From Ruminococcus sp. (lineage in GTDB: Bacteria > Bacillota > Clostridia > Oscillospirales > Acutalibacteraceae), in assembly GCA_017395925.1 (NCBI GenBank), contig JAFQNJ010000043.1, positions 18,486-82,485 of the forward strand: a DNA stretch of 64,000 bases, in the 5' to 3' direction. Made by a program: the position numbers and the translations under genes. Numbering within the stretch: position 1 is the stretch's first letter; each line of letters opens with the position of its first letter. A model generated the notes under the pieces. The model saw only the letters and a program-made list of their open reading frames with translations. It did not search any database and was not told the DNA's origin. Shown in pieces: positions 18,919 to 28,881 of the stretch.

Positions 18919-21885
18919 TTGAAACTTACCAAGAAACTTCTGTGTCTGGTACTTGCGATTGCAACTATTCTTTCAATTTGCATCGTAGGTTTCACTGCTG
19001 AGGCAGCTACCACAGATACAGTTGAGACAGGCGCAGCATATCCCACTGCAGCAGATGACTTCACTTGGGATAACGCAACGGTCTATTTCCTTCTGACAGA
19101 CCGTTTCAACAACGGAAACACATCAAACGACAACAGCTACAACAGAGGTAAGCTCCAGAACGGTTCCCTTGCCAACTACGACAAGGTTGCCGCTTTCCAG
19201 GGCGGTGACTTCAAGGGTATAACCCAGAAGATCAAAGAGGGTTACTTCACTGACCTTGGTGTAAACGCTATCTGGGTTGCAGGTTGGTTTGAGCAGGTTC
19301 ACGGCTACGCCGTAGGCGGTGAGCTGAAGAAGAGCTTTGCTCACTATGCTTACCACGGCTACTACGGACTCGATTTTTCAGAACTTGACAAGAACTACGG
19401 TACTGAGGCTGAGTTCAAAGAGATGATTGACACAGCTCATCAGAACGACATCCGTATCGTTCTTGACGTTGTTATGAATCACCCCGGCTACAACACCATC
19501 TACGATATGAATGAGTACAACTTCGGTGTTCTCAAAAGCGGATGGCAGGATACATACTATAACTTTGACCGCATCAATCAGGGCGCTTACCACGGATGCA
19601 TCGGATATCAGGAAGATGCAAATGCCTGGGGCAGATGGTGGGGTACCACATGGATTCGTGCAGGTCTTGCAGGTTATCAGGGCGGCGACGGCTCTGACCT
19701 GAGAGGTGAGGTAAACTATCTGCCTGACTTCAAAACAGAGGGTACAAACACAGTTGATATACCTCAGATTCTCAAGACCAAGTGGACCAAAGAGGGTACA
19801 TACAACACAAAGGTAAGCGAAGCCAACGCGACTATTTCCAAGTACAACCTGGGCGGTAAGACAGTTTCCAGCTATATGGTTGCATGGTATGCACAGTGGG
19901 TTGAGCAGTATGGTATCGACGGTTTCCGTTGCGATACTGCAAAGCATGTTGAAAAGTCCACATGGAACAAACTCAGCCAGGCTTGTACTCAGGCTCTCAA
20001 GAACTGGAGACAGGCTAATCCCTCTGCTCCCGGCGCAAAGTGGGACGAGGATTTCTGGATGACAGGTGAGCATTTCGGTATGGGCGTTGACCCCAACAGC
20101 GATTATTACAGAAACGGCTTTGACTCCATGATTAACTTCTCCTTCTCTGCTGACAGCAAGGGCGGTGGTGCCAACGGTATGAAGAAGGCAGGTAACATCA
20201 ATAACACTTACGCTGACTATGCTAACCGCATTAACAACAATGCAAACGCTAACGTTCTTACATACATTTCTTCTCACGATACTGGTCTCTGCCGTGATGA
20301 TCTCTACTATCAGGGTTCAGCACTTCTGCTCCTCCCCGGCGGTGTTCAGATCTACTACGGTGACGAGTCAAACAGACAGTATGTTGATTGTGAGATTCAC
20401 GACCACGAGAACAGAAGCTTTATGAACTGGTCCTCTATGGATAAGGGCGTTCTCGCTCATTGGCAGAAGGTTGGTCAGTTCAGAAACAACCACGTTGCAG
20501 TAGGTGCAGGTTCACACTCTAACCTCTCTGCAACTTCCGGTGCAGCATTTGCACGTACATATAATAAGAACAATGTAACCGATAAGGTTGCTTGCGTAAT
20601 CGGTGCATCCAACAACGCAAACGTTACCATTACTCTGAGCGGCACATTTGCAGACGGAGCAACTGTTAGAAATGCTTACGACGGCAAGACAGCAACTGTT
20701 TCAGGCGGCAAGGTAACATTCAATTCCGGTGCACACGGTACAATTCTTGTGGAGCTGGTTGAGGATACAAAGCCCACAACTCCCACAACTCCTACAACTC
20801 CCACAACTCCTACAACTCCTACAACACCTACTACTCCCACAACACCCACAACCCCCACAACTCCTACTACTCCTACAAAACCCACAAATCCTGTTGTTAC
20901 AGAGTACGTTGTTCTGGGTGATGCAGACCTTTCCGAGAAGGTAAATGTTAAGGATGCAACCGAAATCCAGAAGTACGTTGCTTCACTTCTCGACCTTGAT
21001 GAAAAGGCTCTCTTTGCGGCTAATGTTGATGCAAGTGCCACAGTTAACGTCAAGGATGCAACTTCTATCCAGAAGTACGTTGCAGGTATGGAGACAGGCT
21101 TCGACATCGGTGCCAAGGTTGTTTACAAGCAGGGTACAGAGAATCCCACAACACCTACAACTCCTACAACACCTACAGTACCCACAGATCCTACAGAGAA
21201 TCCCACAACACCCACAACTCCTGCAGGTGATACAATCGACCTGACACAGATTGACGGTCAGATTATTATCCTTGTCAACAATTCTTATGCAAATCCCTAT
21301 CAGCACTGTTGGACAGATGGCGGTGACGCTTACAACACATGGCCCGGCGAGGCACTCCAGCAGGTAGGCAGCTACTACTTTGCTATTATTCCTGATGCAG
21401 CAAACAGAATCATATTCAATGATAATGGCGGCGCACAGACAGATGACCTCGTTATTCCCGGTGAGTTTGCTATCTATGATATGTCAGCAGGTACATGGGC
21501 AGGTTTCCTCTCTGATATAGTTGACGTAACCAAGTTCCCCATGGATCCCTCGCTTCTTCCCGGTAATCCTGACAACCCCACAACCCCCACATTACCTTCA
21601 GATCCTGTTGAAGGCAACTACATTTATCTCAGAGATAATGCAGGCTGGGGTACAGCATACTGCCATTACTGGTCAGACAACAGCGGTTCTGTATGGCCCG
21701 GCGACCAGATGGAGTCTATGGGCGGCAACCTCTACAGAATTGCTCTCGGTAATGACTCCACAGGTGCTATGTATCAGAAGGTTGTATTTAACAACGGCGG
21801 CAACGGTGCACAGACCGGTGACCTTATGGTTGAGCTCGGCAGAGTGTTCAACAATCAGTCAAATCAGTGGGAAAACCTTAACTGA
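18919..21885 (+). CDS. Secreted modular GH13 alpha-amylase: catalytic domain, PT linker, dockerin, two CBM26-like starch-binding modules
   Basis: Signal peptide; DVVMNH, GFRCDTAKH (nucleophile), GE, SSHD GH13 regions; duplicated dockerin repeat GDAD...VNVKDATEIQKY / NVD...VNVKDATSIQKY; two WPG...FN..G.QT.DL modules. Confidence 0.9.
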   Translation: MKLTKKLLCLVLAIATILSICIVGFTAEAATTDTVETGAAYPTAADDFTWDNATVYFLLTDRFNNGNTSNDNSYNRGKLQNGSLANYDKVAAFQGGDFKGITQKIKEGYFTDLGVNAIWVAGWFEQVHGYAVGGELKKSFAHYAYHGYYGLDFSELDKNYGTEAEFKEMIDTAHQNDIRIVLDVVMNHPGYNTIYDMNEYNFGVLKSGWQDTYYNFDRINQGAYHGCIGYQEDANAWGRWWGTTWIRAGLAGYQGGDGSDLRGEVNYLPDFKTEGTNTVDIPQILKTKWTKEGTYNTKVSEANATISKYNLGGKTVSSYMVAWYAQWVEQYGIDGFRCDTAKHVEKSTWNKLSQACTQALKNWRQANPSAPGAKWDEDFWMTGEHFGMGVDPNSDYYRNGFDSMINFSFSADSKGGGANGMKKAGNINNTYADYANRINNNANANVLTYISSHDTGLCRDDLYYQGSALLLLPGGVQIYYGDESNRQYVDCEIHDHENRSFMNWSSMDKGVLAHWQKVGQFRNNHVAVGAGSHSNLSATSGAAFARTYNKNNVTDKVACVIGASNNANVTITLSGTFADGATVRNAYDGKTATVSGGKVTFNSGAHGTILVELVEDTKPTTPTTPTTPTTPTTPTTPTTPTTPTTPTTPTTPTKPTNPVVTEYVVLGDADLSEKVNVKDATEIQKYVASLLDLDEKALFAANVDASATVNVKDATSIQKYVAGMETGFDIGAKVVYKQGTENPTTPTTPTTPTVPTDPTENPTTPTTPAGDTIDLTQIDGQIIILVNNSYANPYQHCWTDGGDAYNTWPGEALQQVGSYYFAIIPDAANRIIFNDNGGAQTDDLVIPGEFAIYDMSAGTWAGFLSDIVDVTKFPMDPSLLPGNPDNPTTPTLPSDPVEGNYIYLRDNAGWGTAYCHYWSDNSGSVWPGDQMESMGGNLYRIALGNDSTGAMYQKVVFNNGGNGAQTGDLMVELGRVFNNQSNQWENLN
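20773..20890 (+). repeat. 9-bp coding tandem repeat encoding the (PTT)n linker
   Basis: cccacaact/cctacaact units with synonymous variation. Confidence 0.9.
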
Positions 21886-21909
21886 TTTAATATGAATCAA
21901 ACTTAAATA

Positions 21910-21941
21910 AACTGCCCTTTCTTCGGAGAGGGCAGTTTTTT
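21910..21941 (+). terminator. Intrinsic terminator after the amylase
   Basis: aactgccctttc-ttcg-gagagggcagttttttt. Confidence 0.85.
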
Positions 21942-22019
21942 CGTGGCAAATGCTCTTTGTTTCAAAGTTATTGCTAAAAGCAAGGTGGGGGAGTTCTGCT
22001 TATTTGTGCATTTCACATC

Positions 22020-22048
22020 TTTACTTTAGTTCGCTAAAGTGATAGAAT
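22020..22048 (+). promoter_or_regulatory. SigA promoter overlapped by a 20-bp palindromic operator (HisR-like)
   Basis: TTTACT-17-TAGAAT with TACTTTA-GTTCGC-TAAAGTG at 22022-22041. Confidence 0.7.
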
Positions 22049-22094
22049 ATACAGGCATTCTGAAAAATGTAGAAAATTATCGGAGGAAAACAAA

Positions 22095-22928
22095 ATGAAA
22101 AAGTTTATTATGATTATGAGCCTTGTTATGGCACTTGCTCTCTTTGCAGGTTGCACACCCGCAGGCAACACACCCGCAGGCGACACTGCAAAGGGTGACT
22201 ACGAAGTTATCAAAAACGCAGGTCAGATGATTATCGGTATCACCGAGTACGAGCCCATGAACTATTATGATGCTGACGGCAAGCTTATCGGTTTTGACAC
22301 AGAGTATGCTGAGGCTGTTTGCGAAATTCTCGGCGTTAAGGCTGAGTTCCGTGTAATCAATTGGAAGACAAAGGAAACTGAACTTGCTGCAGGCAATATC
22401 GACTGCATCTGGAACGGTCTTACTGTTACAGAGGAGAGAAAGGAAGATATGGATTTCACCACACCTTATCTCACCAACAAGCAGTGCGTAGTTATCAGCA
22501 AGGCAAACGCTGACAAGTTTACAACTGCAGAGAGCCTTGCAGGTGCTATCCTCACAGCAGAGTCAGGCTCCGCAGGTGAGACTGCTATCCTTGCAGATGC
22601 AAACCTCTCAAAGGCAACCTTCACAGGTGCAGAGTCACAGAAGAGTGCTCTTGTTGCTCTTGCTGCAGGCAATGCTGATGCCGCAGTAGTTGATATCACT
22701 CTTGCTGCTGCAAGCGTTGGCGAGGGTTCCTATGCCGACCTTATGATGCTGGAGGATATCGAGCTTGTAGATGAGCAGTATGCTATCGGTTTCAGAGTAG
22801 GTTCTGACCTTACTGCAAAGGTTAACGAGGCTACATATACTCTCATTGACAACGGTACACTTGCAAGCCTTGCAGAGAAATATGAGCTTACTGAGAGATA
22901 CGAAGAGGCTCTCAACATCGGTAAATAA
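22095..22928 (+). CDS. Polar amino-acid ABC transporter substrate-binding lipoprotein
   Basis: Lipobox FAGC; GFDTE, IDCIWNGLT.TEER family-3 SBP motifs. Confidence 0.92.
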   Translation: MKKFIMIMSLVMALALFAGCTPAGNTPAGDTAKGDYEVIKNAGQMIIGITEYEPMNYYDADGKLIGFDTEYAEAVCEILGVKAEFRVINWKTKETELAAGNIDCIWNGLTVTEERKEDMDFTTPYLTNKQCVVISKANADKFTTAESLAGAILTAESGSAGETAILADANLSKATFTGAESQKSALVALAAGNADAAVVDITLAAASVGEGSYADLMMLEDIELVDEQYAIGFRVGSDLTAKVNEATYTLIDNGTLASLAEKYELTERYEEALNIGK

Positions 22929-22949
22929 GAACAGGTTAAATTGTAAGTT

Positions 22950-23630
22950 ATGAGTTTTTTGGAAGTTACCCTCTCACTTCTGGAGGGATTCGGCACAACG
23001 GTTCTTCTGTTTGTGTCTACACTTTTGCTCTCTATGCCCTTGGGTCTTGTGCTGATGTTTGGTACGACAACCAAGTTTTTACCTCTTAAGGTACTGGTAA
23101 GAGCATTTGTTTATATAATCAGAGGCACTCCTCTGATGCTGCAGCTTATGGTAGTTTACTACATCCCCGGTATAGTTTTCGGCTATTCCGTGGTGCGTTG
23201 GCCCATATTCGGCGGCAGTGTGGTGGCGGCACAGTTCTGTTGCGCGCTCTTCACCTTTGTGATTAACTACGCCTGTTATTTTTCCGAGATTTATCGCGGA
23301 GGAATTCAGAGTATCCCCAAGGGTCAGTATGAGGCAGGTCAGGTGCTGGGTATGACCAAGAGTCAGGTCTTCTTCAGAATCATTCTGATGCAGGTAGTGA
23401 AGAACGTTCTTCCTCCCGTCAGCAACGAGACTATTACTCTTGTTAAGGATACGGCACTTGCCAATACCATTGCGGTGGCTGAGATTGTGTTCTCCGCGGA
23501 GAGAATGCTTAATCTCCACAATATCATCTGGCCTATGTTCTATACAGGTGCCTTCTACCTTGCTTTCAATGCTCTGCTGACATTCCTGTTCGGCAGAATT
23601 GAGAAAAAGCTTTCATATATCAGGAGTTAA
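22950..23630 (+). CDS. Polar amino-acid ABC permease
   Basis: RGTPL, SEIYRGGIQSIPKGQYEA, KDTAL. Confidence 0.93.
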   Translation: MSFLEVTLSLLEGFGTTVLLFVSTLLLSMPLGLVLMFGTTTKFLPLKVLVRAFVYIIRGTPLMLQLMVVYYIPGIVFGYSVVRWPIFGGSVVAAQFCCALFTFVINYACYFSEIYRGGIQSIPKGQYEAGQVLGMTKSQVFFRIILMQVVKNVLPPVSNETITLVKDTALANTIAVAEIVFSAERMLNLHNIIWPMFYTGAFYLAFNALLTFLFGRIEKKLSYIRS

Positions 23631-23632
23631 TT

Positions 23633-24418
23633 ATGGCAGTACTTGAAGTATGTAACATAAAGAAGAATTTCTCAAAGCTTCAGGTCCTCAAGGGAATAGA
23701 TTTTTCTCTGGAGGAGGGAGAGGTTCTGGCTATTATCGGCTCTTCAGGAAGCGGCAAAACAACACTTCTGAGATGCCTCAATTTCCTGGAAATTCCCGAT
23801 GAGGGTGCAATAAAAGTCAACGGCAATGTGGTATACGATGCACATCGTGAGAAGAGATATACCGACAGCGAAATTCGCCAGAACAGACTGAACTTCGGTC
23901 TTGTTTTTCAGCAGTTTAATCTGTTCCCGCAGTATAATGTTCATCGTAATCTCACTATGGCGGCGGAGCTTCTGGAGGCTAAAAGCCTCAAGGGTGCGGC
24001 GCGTCAGGAGAAACTTGCAGAGATTAACAAACGGGCAGACGAGTTGCTCCAAAAAGTGGGACTTTCGGAGAAAGCAGAGTCTTATCCCGTGGAACTTTCG
24101 GGCGGTCAGCAACAGCGAGTGGCTATTGCAAGAGCTTTGATGCTCTCTCCCAACATCCTGTGTTTTGATGAGCCCACCTCGGCACTTGACCCCGAACTTA
24201 CGGGCGAGGTCTTGAGGGTTATCGATGAACTTCGTCAGGATAACCGCACAATGGTGGTGGTAACTCACGAGATGGAGTTTGCCAGAAAGGTTGCCACAAA
24301 GGTGATTTTTATGGCGGACGGTGTTATTGAGGAAGAGGGTACTCCCGAGGAAGTCTTTGCACATCCCAAGAGCCTAAAACTTCAGAGTTTCTTGCTCTCA
24401 TCCCTTGAGAAATTCTGA
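23633..24418 (+). CDS. Polar amino-acid ABC ATPase
   Basis: [28 protein letters not shown]. Confidence 0.93.
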   Translation: MAVLEVCNIKKNFSKLQVLKGIDFSLEEGEVLAIIGSSGSGKTTLLRCLNFLEIPDEGAIKVNGNVVYDAHREKRYTDSEIRQNRLNFGLVFQQFNLFPQYNVHRNLTMAAELLEAKSLKGAARQEKLAEINKRADELLQKVGLSEKAESYPVELSGGQQQRVAIARALMLSPNILCFDEPTSALDPELTGEVLRVIDELRQDNRTMVVVTHEMEFARKVATKVIFMADGVIEEEGTPEEVFAHPKSLKLQSFLLSSLEKF

Positions 24419-24562
24419 TAACAAAAGAATATTTGACAATAACGAAACGGGCAGACATAGTTCTGCTCGTTTTTTTATGGAATTTTCCGCATGGGTAAAA
24501 ATCTTTACTTTTATTTTGTATTATGATAAAATAAGATGAATGTGCACAGGGAGGCGTTGAAA

Positions 24563-26377
24563 ATGCAGTATATTGATGAAAAATTCAAAGACAGGAATCC
24601 TGCTGATACCGTTGCTCTGATTCAAAGCATACTTGAGAATCTGGGCGTTGAAACTGTAGAATACTGGAATGAGTCAGGCGTTGAGAATTGCCACTCGTTG
24701 AATCTTTGTGCGAAAGCAGGAGCACCCGCGTCCAACGGCAAGGGAGTTACCCGAGAGTTTGCCAGAGCGAGTGCCTATGCCGAGTTTATCGAGCGCTTGC
24801 AGGGTGGTCTGCATTTTTACAAGAATCAGTCTATAATCAGAGACCCCGAGCTAAATATTCACGCGTATGCCCCTGATGCAAGATATATGACTGAGAAGGA
24901 GCTTGTGGAAAACGGCGAATGGATGGATTATCTCATTGAGAAAGCCACCACTCCCGATGTTACCAGAGAATCTATTGCACAGAAGTGCCGTGTGTTTGCC
25001 TGTGCCGATGAGGACAGTATACTTACGCTACCTTTTTACAGCCTTTTTGAGGATAAATATGTGTATTTGCCCATAGCTTTTGTGGACCAGGTATATGCAA
25101 GCAACGGTTGTTGTGCGGGCAATACCCGTGAGGAAGCATGGGTGCACGCGTTCTCCGAAATTCTGGAGAGAAATGCATCGGTTTCTACCCTTACGGGCGG
25201 CGGTGCCGTGCCAAAGATTCCCGAGGAGGTTATTGAGAATTTCCCTGTTGTGAAGAAGATTCTCAAGGAGGTCAGAGAAAATGGCGATTTCGATATAGAG
25301 ATATTTGACCTTTCGGGCGGAAACGGTTACCCTGTAGTGTCCACCAGAATTATCAACAAGAAAACCCACAGTTACCAGATAAACGTGGCAGGCGACCCTG
25401 TGCTTGAAATAGCATTGCAGAGAACACTTACAGAGCTTATGCAGGGACGAAATGTCTCGAGACTTGCCTCAAGACACGATGGAAGAATTCTTGGTAAAGT
25501 CTCATCCGCCGCGGCAACAAGTAATGTTATTAATCAGCTGGAGACAGGTAACGGATACTTTTTCGCTGATTATTTTGCCAATGAGATTACCTGTGACAAG
25601 GTTTCCGCCGGCTTTGATGATAACAGCAACAAGTCGAATAAGGAACTGCTCGACTATGCTCTGAATGTATACAGAAAAATCGGAAAACCCGTATATGTGA
25701 GAAATTTCTCATATCTGGGATTTCCCTCCTACAGATTCGTGATTCCCGGCTTCTCCGAGGCTTTCATCGGTAAAGCATTTGAACCTGTATCCGAATACGG
25801 AATAGCTGATTCCGTGAGAGGAGTATTCCTCGATGCGGCTTCGGCTGATAACAGCGACCTCAATATGTTCCTCTTCTATAACAATATGGTGAGCAAGATT
25901 TACGGACGGTATAATATGTTCGGAAGACTTGCAGGTATTCCCATGGCAGGTAATACCAATGTTCTCCTTGCCGCAATTACCAGAGCTTATGCGGCATTCA
26001 GGCTCGGAAAGCTTTCGGATGCGGTGAAGTTCACCAATGATTACCTGCGTGGAGGAAGCGACGAAGAGGTTAAGGAGTACTTCCGTTGTGTCAACAAGTA
26101 TATTGAGCTGAAGAGTGTGGGTGTTTCAGAGGATAAAATTAGAGTTATTCTTCCTAAGTTCTTCAGCAAAGAATACCCGGAAAAGCTATTTTCGGCACTT
26201 GATAAGGGGCTTACTCCTTATGATGACTATCTGCTTCGCTGTGACTTTAAGAGTTGTCAGGAATGTAAATACAAGGGTGCTTGTGCATATCAAAGCTCAA
26301 AAGATATGGTTGCTGCCGCAGGAAAAGTCCTGAGTGCCTATCACGACGGACAGAAAGCGGATGAATTTAAGATTTAA
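24563..26377 (+). CDS. Stand-alone YcaO-family ATP-dependent enzyme with Cys-rich C-terminal extension
   Basis: NGKG...ASAYAEFIER, SNGCCAGNT, SEILER, LTELMQGR YcaO motifs; own promoter TTTACT-17-TAAAAT at 24504-24532. Confidence 0.85.
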   Translation: MQYIDEKFKDRNPADTVALIQSILENLGVETVEYWNESGVENCHSLNLCAKAGAPASNGKGVTREFARASAYAEFIERLQGGLHFYKNQSIIRDPELNIHAYAPDARYMTEKELVENGEWMDYLIEKATTPDVTRESIAQKCRVFACADEDSILTLPFYSLFEDKYVYLPIAFVDQVYASNGCCAGNTREEAWVHAFSEILERNASVSTLTGGGAVPKIPEEVIENFPVVKKILKEVRENGDFDIEIFDLSGGNGYPVVSTRIINKKTHSYQINVAGDPVLEIALQRTLTELMQGRNVSRLASRHDGRILGKVSSAAATSNVINQLETGNGYFFADYFANEITCDKVSAGFDDNSNKSNKELLDYALNVYRKIGKPVYVRNFSYLGFPSYRFVIPGFSEAFIGKAFEPVSEYGIADSVRGVFLDAASADNSDLNMFLFYNNMVSKIYGRYNMFGRLAGIPMAGNTNVLLAAITRAYAAFRLGKLSDAVKFTNDYLRGGSDEEVKEYFRCVNKYIELKSVGVSEDKIRVILPKFFSKEYPEKLFSALDKGLTPYDDYLLRCDFKSCQECKYKGACAYQSSKDMVAAAGKVLSAYHDGQKADEFKI

Positions 26378-26396
26378 CCCACAAATTAACCCACAA

Positions 26397-26423
26397 AAAC
26401 CACCTCTTTGCAGGTGGTTTTTT
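26397..26423 (+). terminator. Terminator after the YcaO gene
   Basis: aaaaccacct-ctttgc-aggtggttttt. Confidence 0.75.
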
Positions 26424-26496
26424 TATATAACACTTGATGTGCCGCGTATAAATGTGATATAATAATCTGCAATGTAAAATAGGGGATGAGTTTCTT

Positions 26497-27279
26497 ATGG
26501 AACTGAAAAGAATAGTTGTGAAGGTTGGTACCTCCACACTTACATACGAAAATGGTAAAGCGAACCTCAGAAGAATTGAGGAGCTTTGCAAGGTGCTTTC
26601 TGATTTGCAGAATCAGGGCAGGGATGTTATCCTTGTTTCCTCCGGTGCCATTGGTGTCGGTATGGGCAAGGTGGGTCTTTCCGAAAAGCCTTCGGGCACC
26701 AAGGAAAAGCAGGCTCTGGCGGCTATCGGTCAGTGTGAGCTGATGTTTATGTACGACAAGCTCTTCGGCGAATATAATCACATGGTTGCCCAGGTGCTGC
26801 TCACCCGTGATGCGGTGGATTCGGAGCACAAGAAAGAGAATGTCATCAACACCTTCGATACTCTCCTTTCCATGGGAATTATTCCGATAGTTAACGAGAA
26901 CGATACGGTTGCCATTGATGAGCTTCAGGGACATAATTTCGGCGATAACGATATGCTCTCTGCCATTGTTGCAAAGCTGGTGGGGGCAGATGCTCTGATA
27001 ATTCTCACCGATATTGACGGACTCTACACCAAGGACCCCAGAAAGAATTCTGATGCAGAGCGTATTGAGGTGGTAGAAGCTATCACTAAAGAAATTGAAG
27101 AGATGGCAGGCGGCTCGGGCTCCAACCGCGGCACAGGCGGTATGACCACAAAGATTATGGCGGCTAAATACGTCACCGAAGCAGGAATTGACTGCTATGT
27201 AATTGGCGGGGACGACCCCAAGAGAGTTTACGATGTGACTGACGGCAACTCCGTGGGTACATTGTTTATGGCACAATAA
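26497..27279 (+). CDS. proB: Glutamate 5-kinase (no PUA domain)
   Basis: VVKVGTS, NENDTV, FGDND, GTGGM.TK. Confidence 0.96.
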   Translation: MELKRIVVKVGTSTLTYENGKANLRRIEELCKVLSDLQNQGRDVILVSSGAIGVGMGKVGLSEKPSGTKEKQALAAIGQCELMFMYDKLFGEYNHMVAQVLLTRDAVDSEHKKENVINTFDTLLSMGIIPIVNENDTVAIDELQGHNFGDNDMLSAIVAKLVGADALIILTDIDGLYTKDPRKNSDAERIEVVEAITKEIEEMAGGSGSNRGTGGMTTKIMAAKYVTEAGIDCYVIGGDDPKRVYDVTDGNSVGTLFMAQ

Positions 27280-27304
27280 ATTGAATTTGTAAGGAGAGAT
27301 ACCT

Positions 27305-28546
27305 ATGACTATGATAGAGATGGGAAAAAGAGCCAAAGAGGCTTCCCGAGTGCTTGCTACAGCAGGTGAACTTAAAAACAAAGCCCTCTATGCTCTGGCT
27401 GATGCCTTGGAAGCAGAGGTTGATTATATTCTCGAAGAGAATAAAAAGGATCTGGATGCAGGTCGGGCAAACGGAATGAGCGAGGCACTGCTTGACAGAC
27501 TTGCCCTGACAAAGGAAAGAGTTTCTTCAATGGCAGACGGTGCCCGTCAGGTAGCAGGTTTCAAGGACCCTGTGGGTGATGTGCTCTCGGGCAACAAGCT
27601 TCCCAACGGACTTGAGGTCACAAAGGTGAGAGTGCCTCTGGGTGTTATCGGTATTATCTATGAGGCTCGTCCCAACGTTACCGCAGATGCCGCCGCACTT
27701 TGCCTCAAATCGGGCAACGCGGTTATTCTCCGCGGTGGCAAAGAGGCTATCAACTCCAATATGGCAGTTGCCGAGGTTATGAGAAAAGCTATTAAAGAGG
27801 CGGGTCTGCCTGAAGACAGTGTTCAGCTTGTGAAGGATACCACAAGACAGAGCTCCATTGAGCTTATGGGCCTTACCGATTATCTGGATGTGCTTATTCC
27901 CCGAGGCGGTGCAGGACTTATCAAAGCTACCGTTGAGAATGCCAAGGTGCCTGTTATTGAGACAGGTGCAGGTAACTGCCACGTTTATATTGATGAGTTC
28001 GCAGATACAAAAATGGCGGCGGATATTGTGTTCAATGCAAAGACCTCCCGTCCTTCTGTTTGCAATGCAATAGAAACCGTGCTTGTTCATAAAAATATAG
28101 CAGAAAAAGCCCTGCCCATGATGAAGGCAGAGCTTGATAAGATGAATGTAGAAATCCGCGGATGTGAGCGAACCAAGGCTATCCTTGGAGACTCTGTTGT
28201 GGATGCTACCGACGAGGATTATTTCACAGAATATCACGACTACATTCTGGCGGTTAAGGTTGTGGATGACATTGACGAGGCTATCGCTCATATCGCAAAG
28301 TACTCCACAGGTCACAGCGAATGTATTGTTACTGACAACTATGCAAATGCAAATAAATTCACCTCGGAGATTGACTCCGCGGCAGTGTATGTCAATGCGT
28401 CAACCCGCTTTACTGACGGCGGCGAGTTTGGCCTCGGTGCCGAAATCGGTATCTCAACCCAGAAGCTTCATGCAAGAGGTCCTATGGGTATCAATGAGCT
28501 GACAAGTATGAAGTTTATTATCAGAGGTAACGGTCAGGTAAGATAA
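27305..28546 (+). CDS. proA: Gamma-glutamyl phosphate reductase
   Basis: IYEARPNVT, CNAIET, NASTRFTDG, STQKLHARGPMG. Confidence 0.97.
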   Translation: MTMIEMGKRAKEASRVLATAGELKNKALYALADALEAEVDYILEENKKDLDAGRANGMSEALLDRLALTKERVSSMADGARQVAGFKDPVGDVLSGNKLPNGLEVTKVRVPLGVIGIIYEARPNVTADAAALCLKSGNAVILRGGKEAINSNMAVAEVMRKAIKEAGLPEDSVQLVKDTTRQSSIELMGLTDYLDVLIPRGGAGLIKATVENAKVPVIETGAGNCHVYIDEFADTKMAADIVFNAKTSRPSVCNAIETVLVHKNIAEKALPMMKAELDKMNVEIRGCERTKAILGDSVVDATDEDYFTEYHDYILAVKVVDDIDEAIAHIAKYSTGHSECIVTDNYANANKFTSEIDSAAVYVNASTRFTDGGEFGLGAEIGISTQKLHARGPMGINELTSMKFIIRGNGQVR

Positions 28547-28555
28547 TTATCGCTT

Positions 28556-28867
28556 TTAAATTATTATATATAGCAGGGCAAGTATCAGCACAGGGTCAGT
28601 ATTCTCCTCTGCAGACAGAATCATAATCAGCAGAAGTATAAGGAGTTTTTCCTTGTCTTCAAAGAGATTCTCAAGGGCAGAGCTTGGATTTGCAGGCAGT
28701 GAAGCGGAAGTTTTTTCTAAGTCTTTATTTGAAGATTTATCTTCCGTCAATGTGAGATTTGATTCTTTATGAGAATTATTGTGTGTACCTCCTGAGGGTG
28801 CGGAGTGAGTAACTCTTGAGTGCATCTCCTGTGCGCGTCTGAGAGCTTCTTGTTGCATTGTGTCCAT
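28556..28867 (-). CDS. Small hypothetical protein (MQQEALRRAQEM...LLILLL...ALLYI), probably sporulation related
   Basis: Third gene of a coupled trio; start chosen after RBS aggtg. Confidence 0.65.
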   Translation of the reverse strand: MDTMQQEALRRAQEMHSRVTHSAPSGGTHNNSHKESNLTLTEDKSSNKDLEKTSASLPANPSSALENLFEDKEKLLILLLIMILSAEENTDPVLILALLYIII

Positions 28868-28881
28868 TGTGTCACCTGTGA

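Noticed and set aside
20773-20890. Tandem repeat as a non-coding element or contingency locus
   Set aside because: In-frame 9-bp units with synonymous variation encoding an ordinary Pro/Thr linker.
26374-26397. 12-bp direct duplication ttaacccacaaa at the YcaO stop as a target-site duplication
   Set aside because: The copies are adjacent and I saw no matching copy upstream of the gene; likely slippage.
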